A stretch of DNA of 64,000 nt, taken from Pontiella sp. Its GTDB lineage: Bacteria; Verrucomicrobiota; Kiritimatiellia; Kiritimatiellales; Pontiellaceae. The notes below the pieces were generated by a model that saw only the letters and a list, made by a program, of their open reading frames with translations, had not been told where the DNA came from and did not search any database. Location of the stretch: the NCBI GenBank assembly GCA_050290185.1, contig JBNKHE010000001.1, positions 258,713 to 322,712 on the forward strand. The letters run 5' to 3'. Positions within the stretch are counted from its first letter, which is position 1, and every line of letters begins with the position of its first letter. Made by a program: the position numbers and the translations under genes. Shown in pieces: positions 13,966 through 21,996 of the stretch.

Positions 13966-16900
13966 TTATTTCACCAATCGGTAGAACACTTGCACTTCGG
14001 ATGTCGGAGGAAGCATGACCTGCCAGTTGGTGCCGACGAGCTGCGGTACCGGCGACACGACATCTTCCCAAATGCCGGACACAAGATTCGTGCAAGCCTG
14101 CACCGTGAAGCCTGCGCTTTCCTGCGGCCATGAAAAGGTCAGATTCGTTCCATCCATCGTCAATTCCATCTGCGGAAAGGAGACCATCCCCAGCGGATAG
14201 CCATAAAACTCCAGCTCCGCCACATTGCCGAAGCCGTTGTCGGGCGACAGAAAGCGGACATAACGGAAGGCCGATGTGTTGGCGATGTTCAACGATGTAA
14301 ATACGCCCGATGCGGGTTGCGCCGACACGGTGCCCAGTGTAACGGCGTCGCTGAAGTCCGGCTGGTTAGCCCCTTGGAATACGCCACCCACCATCCGAGA
14401 CTCAAATGTAGCGCGCGGACAATATTTGATCTGCGTGATGGAACAGGCCGATCCATCGCCAAAATCCAATCCAACCCAGGCCCCGTTTCCGATGGGCGCG
14501 TCGAAGAAAGTGTCCAGATCGGTATCGAAAACCTTGTCGATCGTGGCTCCCGATCCACCCCACGAACCCGGTGTACCAATAATGTCGCCCTCGAGCTTTG
14601 AAAAGCCCACCGTCGCTTCGGGACCATTGCCCGACTCGCTGCCGCCGACCATGGCGCTGACCACGTAGTAATACCCATCCCTTACGGATGCGACGGTATC
14701 GGTGTACGTAGTGGTAGCAATGCCGGAGGCGACCGTCGTGTAGGGGCCACCACTGGTGGTCGAGCGTTTGACATTATAGCTGGTAGCACTGTCGTGCGCA
14801 TTCCATTCGAGGCCGATCTGGGTATCGGACAGAGCGACTGCCGTTGCCTCCAACGACGTGAGAGGCCAGCCCGGCAGCTCTACGTTGTCGAACGTGGCCT
14901 TGCACAAGGACGAGTTGTTGTGGCTACAGACTGCCAGGCCGATATATACAGTGGACGACATCGTCAGTGTCGTGGAACCAAGCTGCGTCCAGGCAGTGCC
15001 GTTCGAGGAACGGTATCCTGTGAACGTGTCACCGCTGCGCACCAGCTTGACCCAGTACGGCGCGGCCAGTCCGCCCGCATTGGCGAAGTCACAACCGCCA
15101 CCGGCGACCGCACGGTATTGCCATGAAATGCCGTTGCCCGGCGTTACGGCGACCAAGGTGTTCACCGCATTGGCATCCAGGCTCTCGCGCACCATGACCC
15201 CGGCCTTAGCCCACGAATCGCTGTATTGCATCGAGGCCACTCGCGCAACGACGGAGAAATCCCCGCTGTTGGTCACGTAGACGAAACGGAAGGCGTCTTC
15301 CGAATTCCAGATATCGCCTCCGGATCCGTTCACGGTGAACGTGCCGTTAGTAACCCCCGCGCTACCCGTCAACCCCACGGAACCAACATCCTTCGCCAGC
15401 CAAGGGGAAGGTACGCTTGAAATCGGAGTCGTACCGACCCGCGTAGAGTCGTCGCTCTCGCCGGCGGTATTGCTCAACGCCGAAACGACATAGTAATAGG
15501 TTGTGCGACCGACCACCGCGTTATCGGTGTAATTCGTCCCTGCCACATTGGCGATGGTGGTGTAGGGACCACCAAAGGAGGCGGCTCGTTTCACGTTGTA
15601 GCTGGAAGCGTTGGCGGAAGCCGACCAACTCAATGCTACCTGCTCGATGCCCGGCGTAGCCGCCAGACCGGTCGGAGCACTCACTGGAACAGGCTCCCAT
15701 CCCGGAGCCGTCACGTGGTCAAATGTTGCCGAGCACAAGGTATAGTCGTTGTGGCTGGTGAGCGCCAAGCCAACATGCACGGTGGAGGCCATGGCGAGCG
15801 TCGTGCTGCCGGTCTGGGTCCAACTTGTTCCATCCGAAGAAACGTATCCGGTGAACGTATTGCCACTACGCACCAGCTTGACCCAGTACGGAGCCGACGG
15901 CCCGGCCGTAGAACTGGAGCTGGTCGAACCACCGGTACTCGAACGGAACTGCCATGCAGCGCCATTGCCCGGCGTGACGCCAATGAAAACGTTTTTAGCG
16001 TCCTCATCCAGACTCTCGCGTATCATCACGCCGGCCTTAGACCAGGAGCTGATATGGTTTTCCAGCGAAGCCACGCGGGCAACAATGGTGCAATCGCCCG
16101 TCGCGGTCACATGGACAAAACGGAAGGCATCGGACGACGCACCAATGTCCGCGCCGGAGCCGATGAGCGAGAACACACCGTTGGTGAAACCTGCACTGCC
16201 CGTCAAACCCACCGGGCCGACATCCTGCGCCAGCCAGGGCGAAAGCACATCAACCGATGGAACCACGCTGGCCGGAGCCGAATCGGCGCTCTCGCCACCA
16301 ATGTTCAGCGCAGACACCGTATAGTAATAGGTTGTTCCAGCGATCACTTCGGTATCGACATATTCCGTTCCCGGAACGTTAGCAACCGTAGTGTAAGGCC
16401 CGCCGCTGGTCGTGGCCCTGTTCACGTTGTAGCTGGTAGCATCCGCAGAAGCCGTCCACTCCAGCATCGCCCGTTCGGAACCGGGTGTTGCTGCCAGAGA
16501 GCCCGGCGCCAACGGAATTGAAACCGGCGAAACGGGCCCGGTGCATTGCCACCAGTTGACGTTGAACAGGTAGCCGCTGCCACCGGTAAACTTCAGATAT
16601 ACATCATGCACCCCGGTTGCACCACTGACCGTACAGGACCGGGTTGTCCACGTCTGCCAGCCACCGGTGCCCGTCACGGAGCACGTTCCAACCAGCGTCC
16701 CGGTCAGGCTGTCCAGACGGACCTCGATGTTTCCGCCACTGGTCCCCGACGCCACTCTGGCCTGGAAGTTGATCGCACCGGTGCCGAAATCAATGTTGCG
16801 GTAAACGGCGTAGTAGCCATTCTGGATCGAGCCGATGTCCTGGCCACCTTCGCTGCATGTTTCGCGCAAGGCTCCACCATATGGACCGTCGCGGTCCTCC

Positions 16901-17760
16901 GCTTCGATCTTCGAATAGGCGGATTGAATGCGCACGGGATCGGAAATACCCGCCGCATCGGCCATCTGGAGAAAGTTCCACATGGCCGGCGTCCAGGTGC
17001 TGCCGCCATCGTGATTGCCGCCCTTCACCGGCAGCCAGGCATGAGGAATATCGTTTGAAACGCAAAAGTTGTGCGTCGCCTCGCTGGTCCCGAACAGGCC
17101 GAGCCAGTCGGCATCCCCGCAAGAGATCAGCAGTAGCTTGAGCTTTTCCTTCGCTTCGGCGCCGCCATCGGGAAACAGGGTGGTGTCGCCGGGTTTGCTG
17201 GGGGCCGCCGAGGATGGGCTGATATAGCGATACGTGTCCAGATTGCCCAATCCTTCCCTGAAAGCCATGCCACCGCCCCATGAAAATCCGTAAATCCCCC
17301 GATGTTCCGCGCCGGGGCGAACCGAATAATTCGACTCCATGTAGGGAATAATCACATTGGAGATCTCGCGGTGGACCAATCCAAAATCATGTTCAATATC
17401 CGCATAATCCGGTGCCACAATAATGACTGGCCTGATCTTTCCCTGACCGATCAGGTTGTCCGCCACCGTATTCGCGGTAGCTCCCCAGGGGGCCATGATG
17501 CTGTATCCGTCGGAATCGATTCCATGAAAGGCGTATATCACGGAATATTCCTGCGCCGTTGTATACCCCGGCGGTGTGTAGACCTGCATGGTCCGGTTGG
17601 TCCCGGTCTCGGTCGAAAAATAGCTGATCGACTGGAGCTGTCCCGCCGGATATTGACCGCCTTGGTCGTATCCTGCCGGCGGCAGGACCGGAAAGGCCTG
17701 TCCCAACACCCACAGCGGAATGGCAAAAAGCCCCGCCATAATCAAAGTAGATTGTTTCAT
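13966..17760 (-). CDS. Modular CE1 feruloyl-esterase-like enzyme + CBM6 + FN3/ConA-like repeats + CBM62-like + C-terminal domain
   Basis: PPAGYDQ...SYFST...VYTPPGY, GFSWGG and WNFLQMAD resemble the XynZ FAE domain as recalled; CBM6 IEAED...TGGWQTW...NVNWW; ends VFYRLVK. Confidence 0.87.
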   Translation of the reverse strand: MKQSTLIMAGLFAIPLWVLGQAFPVLPPAGYDQGGQYPAGQLQSISYFSTETGTNRTMQVYTPPGYTTAQEYSVIYAFHGIDSDGYSIMAPWGATANTVADNLIGQGKIRPVIIVAPDYADIEHDFGLVHREISNVIIPYMESNYSVRPGAEHRGIYGFSWGGGMAFREGLGNLDTYRYISPSSAAPSKPGDTTLFPDGGAEAKEKLKLLLISCGDADWLGLFGTSEATHNFCVSNDIPHAWLPVKGGNHDGGSTWTPAMWNFLQMADAAGISDPVRIQSAYSKIEAEDRDGPYGGALRETCSEGGQDIGSIQNGYYAVYRNIDFGTGAINFQARVASGTSGGNIEVRLDSLTGTLVGTCSVTGTGGWQTWTTRSCTVSGATGVHDVYLKFTGGSGYLFNVNWWQCTGPVSPVSIPLAPGSLAATPGSERAMLEWTASADATSYNVNRATTSGGPYTTVANVPGTEYVDTEVIAGTTYYYTVSALNIGGESADSAPASVVPSVDVLSPWLAQDVGPVGLTGSAGFTNGVFSLIGSGADIGASSDAFRFVHVTATGDCTIVARVASLENHISSWSKAGVMIRESLDEDAKNVFIGVTPGNGAAWQFRSSTGGSTSSSSTAGPSAPYWVKLVRSGNTFTGYVSSDGTSWTQTGSTTLAMASTVHVGLALTSHNDYTLCSATFDHVTAPGWEPVPVSAPTGLAATPGIEQVALSWSASANASSYNVKRAASFGGPYTTIANVAGTNYTDNAVVGRTTYYYVVSALSNTAGESDDSTRVGTTPISSVPSPWLAKDVGSVGLTGSAGVTNGTFTVNGSGGDIWNSEDAFRFVYVTNSGDFSVVARVASMQYSDSWAKAGVMVRESLDANAVNTLVAVTPGNGISWQYRAVAGGGCDFANAGGLAAPYWVKLVRSGDTFTGYRSSNGTAWTQLGSTTLTMSSTVYIGLAVCSHNNSSLCKATFDNVELPGWPLTSLEATAVALSDTQIGLEWNAHDSATSYNVKRSTTSGGPYTTVASGIATTTYTDTVASVRDGYYYVVSAMVGGSESGNGPEATVGFSKLEGDIIGTPGSWGGSGATIDKVFDTDLDTFFDAPIGNGAWVGLDFGDGSACSITQIKYCPRATFESRMVGGVFQGANQPDFSDAVTLGTVSAQPASGVFTSLNIANTSAFRYVRFLSPDNGFGNVAELEFYGYPLGMVSFPQMELTMDGTNLTFSWPQESAGFTVQACTNLVSGIWEDVVSPVPQLVGTNWQVMLPPTSEVQVFYRLVK

Positions 17761-17794
17761 TCTAGTTTCCTTTTTTTAGTTATTCCCTAAAACC

Positions 17795-20700
17795 CTACTG
17801 CCGTTGGACATCCAGCTTGAAGTAGCGATTGGTTGATATTCCATCAATCGGGATGCTGAACTCCAGATTCGATCCCGTGCCCGCCTGACCAACGCCTACA
17901 AGTTGCCAATCAGGAGCCAGCAGGCTGTCGGTTGCCAGGATCCAATAGTCATGGCCAGGTATTGAGTTTGAAACCGTCATGCTCATGTTGGCTCCGTCGA
18001 TGATTGCATGATCCGCAATGAAGTATTCGTTCGACGAAACCACCGCCGATGGAACGGCATTGGTCTCGTCGGAATTGCCGCTTTCGCCATCGGTGTTCAC
18101 GGCGCTGACCACATAGTAGTAACGGGTTCCGGCACTGAGTCCGGAGGCATCGCTGTAGCTGGTCGAAACCACATTCGAAACAACGGTTTCATACGGTGAG
18201 CCGCTGGTGGTCGAGCGTTTGACGTTGTAGCTGTCCGCACCGGCAGATGCCGCCCACGACAGGTCGATCCGCGTGTCGGAAACCGCAACCGCGCCAAGGT
18301 CGGCCGGAGCAGCCGGCGGCGGGACGAATCCCGAAATCTGGTCGAACGTCGCGGCACATAGTGCCGCGTTGTTGTGGGCGGTCACTGCAAGTCCGACATA
18401 GACCGTGCTTCCCATGCCGATCGTCTGCGACGTGCCCTGCTGCGTCCAGCTGGTTCCATTCGCCGAACGATAGGCCGTGAAGGCGTTTCCGCTGCGCACC
18501 AGCTTGACCCAGTAGGGAGCGACGAGCCCCGTTGTACCGGCATTGTTGTTGCCGCAGCCGGCACCGTCGCTCGAACGCCACTGGAATGAGATGCCGTTGC
18601 CGGGCGTCACGCCGATCAGCGCATTGGCGGCATTCGCGGACAGGCTCTTGCGAATCATGATGCCGCCCTTTGCCCACGGATCGGTGTCGTCCACACTGGC
18701 AACGCGCGCCACCAGCGCGCAGTCGCCTGTTATTTCCGTATAGACAAAGCGGAATGCGTCGTCCGTATCCCAGATGTCGGTACCCGATCCGGAAATCGTG
18801 AACGTCCCGCCGCTGACGACCGCGCTCCCCGCAAGGCCTACCGAACCGACATCCTGCGTCGACCACGGATACGGAAGCACGAGCACCTCGGCGCTGCTGG
18901 CGCTCTCCCGGGAATCGGCGACGGTGCTGACGACGTAGCAATAGGACTCGCCGTCCACCACGCCGGTATCGCTGTAGCCCGAGGCCACTACGTTCGACGC
19001 AATGGTGTCATACGGCCCGCCACGCGTGGTGGAACGCTTGATGTTGTAGCCTGTCGCGCCATCGACGGCATTCCAGTCAAGGTCGATCCGGCTACCCGAA
19101 ACCGCCACGACACTCAAGCCGTCGGGAACGGGCACCGGCTCAATGGTTGAATAGCCGCAGAACTCAAGCTCGGCCACGTTGCCAAAGCCGTTGTCGGGCG
19201 AAAGGTAGCGGATATAGCGGAAGGTCGCGGATCCGGCAATATCCACCGATGTGAATGCGCCCGAGGCTGGCTGCGTCGCAATGGTGTAGAGCGTGACTGC
19301 GTCGCTGAAGTCGAGCTGGTTCGCCCCTTGGAAAATGCCGCCCACCATGCGCGACTCAAAACCGGAGCGCGGGCAATAGTTGATCCGCGCGACGACATTG
19401 CTTGAGCCGGAACCGAAATCCAGCCCGACCCATGCCCCGTTCCCGTTGGGTGCGTCGAAGAACGTGTTGAAATCGTTGTCGAACACCTTGTCAATGGTGT
19501 TGCCAGATCCACCCCACGAACCCGCCGTTCCAATGATGGAACCTGAAAGTTCGGGATAGTCCAACGCTGCCTCGGCGCTGTCGAGGCCTTCCACACCGCC
19601 GGCCACGGCACTGACCACGTAGAAATATTCGATTCCCGATAGTCCGATGTCGGTGTAGTTGGTGGTGGCCACACCGGTCGCGATGGTCGTATACGGACCG
19701 CCGCTGGCGGTGGAGCGCTTGACATTATAGCTGGAGGCGCCGGTCACGGCGTTCCAGTTCAGGGTCGCCATGTTCGGACCGGCCACCATGGCGCTCACTC
19801 CCGAAGGGAACGCCGGAGTGGACGGAGAAACCACCGCCCATTTCTGCTCGGCGGCTCCCGAGTAGACCACATCTTCCAACAGCGGCGCATCGGCCACCGA
19901 AGGTTGGAAACATTTTCCGCCGCCGGCGGAAAACACCTGATAGAACCCGTCGCCCGTCGGCATAATAATGAAGCAACGGTCACCGCTGGTCCCCCACCAG
20001 GGTCCCAGATGCAGAGGACCGCCAAAAGTGGTCCAGCTATCGCCGGCGCCAACAGAAGTAATCTTGTACTGGCCGCCGCCGATGTTCTGCAGCGTCCATT
20101 GCTCATTTGCAACGCCCGTGTAATCTCCGACCACAACATTGTTGTCGACATCAACATCCATCGCCTGGACCGTCTTGGCATTCAGAAACTTGTAGGTGCC
20201 GTTGGCAATCGGTCCCGAGGACTGAACCGAAAGCTCGATCCAGTTCAGGTTGAACCCGCCCTCTAAAACGTTGATGCGCAGGATCTGTTGACCGGGGCGC
20301 AGGAACACGCTCTTGGCAACCGTCGTCCAGGACTGGTCACCCGCGGTAGCAGGCAAGGTCCAGTCTCCCGAGATATCCTCACCGTACGCAAGCACCTGCA
20401 CACTGCCGCCGCTTGCGCCCGCCACGCGCAGGCGCAGGTTGTACATCCCCGCTGCGCTCACCTTGGCCGTATACTCCAGCCATTCGCCGGCCTCTGTCGA
20501 AGTCACGTTGTACCCGCCGCCCGCGTCCGACGCCGCTTCGATATCCACGCCTTCCCCGGTTCGATACTGTCCCCCGCTGTTCGAGGTGTCCAGATCGTGA
20601 TAAGCCACACCCTCTCCGCCATTGTCAAAGTCTTCGGCCTGGATGCGCAGGGTGCCGCTCAAGGTGTTGTTTACATAGCCGGGCGTCGTCCATGGATATC

Positions 20701-21766
20701 CGCCGTTTTCGAACACGCTGCGCGCAACCGGCCAGGTGCCGTAATCCGGCGTCCAGGACAGCCCGGAATTATTCACCCGGTCCACATAGGCCGCCGGCGT
20801 CGTGATTTTATCGGATACGCCCCAGGGCGGAACACACTGGAAGGTGAGCCACGACACGTTCATGCGCTCCAGGTTCGCCACGGCCTCGACATCCAGGCCT
20901 CCGTTCTCGCCGCCCCATGTGCCGGCGGCGAACTCGGTCATGAAACAGGGATACCCTGCGGCAATGATATTGGCCACGGCAATTGCGTTGGCATCCGCGC
21001 CCGCATAGCCATGGAATCCAACCGCCTCGTTGGTCCACACCACGTCGGCGGAACCGAACACAGACGTGTTGAAGGCATGTATATCCGTCAAGGCGGCATC
21101 CGCCCCTCCCGAGTCGCCTAGCACCGCGTAGGTGAAAAGCAACACCGGCGTGTCCGGTGCATTCGCCCGGATGGTGTTGTAGGCGTCAATCTCCATATCG
21201 ACCGCCCCGGTAGGCGTGGCGGTCGGCGAAGAATAGGGAGGCCCCCAGGCGACCGGTTCGTTCTGGACTTCAAAAACGACATGCGTTTCATCGGCGTAGC
21301 GGGCGGCGTAGAAAGCCCAGAAGTCGTGAACCCACTGGGCGTTGTAGTTACCGTTGTTGGCCCCGTTGCCAATGGTCATAACCAGGTACATGCCCGCATC
21401 CCGCGTATACTGAACAATCTTGTCCACCTCGGTCGCATTGTAGCCCGGTGCCGTGCTGCCTGCATCGGGATAGTTTCCATCGAAGACCTCAGCGTACAGA
21501 TGCACCGCGTTGAATCCCATGTTGGTCATGGCCGCAATCTCCGCTTCGGGCACCGCCGAAGTCCATTCCGTGGAGGTGAAGGGGCCGCGCAACAACTGGC
21601 CGTTGTCGGCCACAAACGTCGTGCGCTCCGCATTGAGGTGCGGCCGGCCCCGTGCAACGCCATAGGCTGCAGGTGCAAGCATGACCTGCAACACAAGCAA
21701 CGCGAGCAAGGACAACGTGAAAAAAGGCAACCTGCCACGATCTCTTTCAAGCGGAATGGATTTCAT
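17795..21766 (-). CDS. GH5_34-like arabinoxylanase + CBM6 + CBM13-like + FN3 + CBM62-like + FN3 + ConA-like + FN3 + conserved C-terminal domain
   Basis: RGRPHLNAERTTFVADNG, NEPVAWGPPYS and CFMTE match the recalled CtXyl5A sequence. Start moved to ATG 21766 (RBS GAGG); the longer ORF overlaps the upstream gene. Confidence 0.88.
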   Translation of the reverse strand: MKSIPLERDRGRLPFFTLSLLALLVLQVMLAPAAYGVARGRPHLNAERTTFVADNGQLLRGPFTSTEWTSAVPEAEIAAMTNMGFNAVHLYAEVFDGNYPDAGSTAPGYNATEVDKIVQYTRDAGMYLVMTIGNGANNGNYNAQWVHDFWAFYAARYADETHVVFEVQNEPVAWGPPYSSPTATPTGAVDMEIDAYNTIRANAPDTPVLLFTYAVLGDSGGADAALTDIHAFNTSVFGSADVVWTNEAVGFHGYAGADANAIAVANIIAAGYPCFMTEFAAGTWGGENGGLDVEAVANLERMNVSWLTFQCVPPWGVSDKITTPAAYVDRVNNSGLSWTPDYGTWPVARSVFENGGYPWTTPGYVNNTLSGTLRIQAEDFDNGGEGVAYHDLDTSNSGGQYRTGEGVDIEAASDAGGGYNVTSTEAGEWLEYTAKVSAAGMYNLRLRVAGASGGSVQVLAYGEDISGDWTLPATAGDQSWTTVAKSVFLRPGQQILRINVLEGGFNLNWIELSVQSSGPIANGTYKFLNAKTVQAMDVDVDNNVVVGDYTGVANEQWTLQNIGGGQYKITSVGAGDSWTTFGGPLHLGPWWGTSGDRCFIIMPTGDGFYQVFSAGGGKCFQPSVADAPLLEDVVYSGAAEQKWAVVSPSTPAFPSGVSAMVAGPNMATLNWNAVTGASSYNVKRSTASGGPYTTIATGVATTNYTDIGLSGIEYFYVVSAVAGGVEGLDSAEAALDYPELSGSIIGTAGSWGGSGNTIDKVFDNDFNTFFDAPNGNGAWVGLDFGSGSSNVVARINYCPRSGFESRMVGGIFQGANQLDFSDAVTLYTIATQPASGAFTSVDIAGSATFRYIRYLSPDNGFGNVAELEFCGYSTIEPVPVPDGLSVVAVSGSRIDLDWNAVDGATGYNIKRSTTRGGPYDTIASNVVASGYSDTGVVDGESYCYVVSTVADSRESASSAEVLVLPYPWSTQDVGSVGLAGSAVVSGGTFTISGSGTDIWDTDDAFRFVYTEITGDCALVARVASVDDTDPWAKGGIMIRKSLSANAANALIGVTPGNGISFQWRSSDGAGCGNNNAGTTGLVAPYWVKLVRSGNAFTAYRSANGTSWTQQGTSQTIGMGSTVYVGLAVTAHNNAALCAATFDQISGFVPPPAAPADLGAVAVSDTRIDLSWAASAGADSYNVKRSTTSGSPYETVVSNVVSTSYSDASGLSAGTRYYYVVSAVNTDGESGNSDETNAVPSAVVSSNEYFIADHAIIDGANMSMTVSNSIPGHDYWILATDSLLAPDWQLVGVGQAGTGSNLEFSIPIDGISTNRYFKLDVQRQ

Positions 21767-21996
21767 TAATCTTCTACCTCTTTTGTTCAGAATCCAACGA
21801 CATGCAATCCGGGTCTGCGCATCCCCTTCGCGACGGTACGTCCACCCCGAAAGGTACTTTGAACCACTTTGCATGGTTGCATCTCTATGCAGGATCAGAC
21901 AATGGGTGTTTTTGAACGAAAAATACGGATTCATGAAACCCAACATCCGGATCAGCACGGCACAGGATGGATTTGCATGAACAGCCAGCCGAATCC

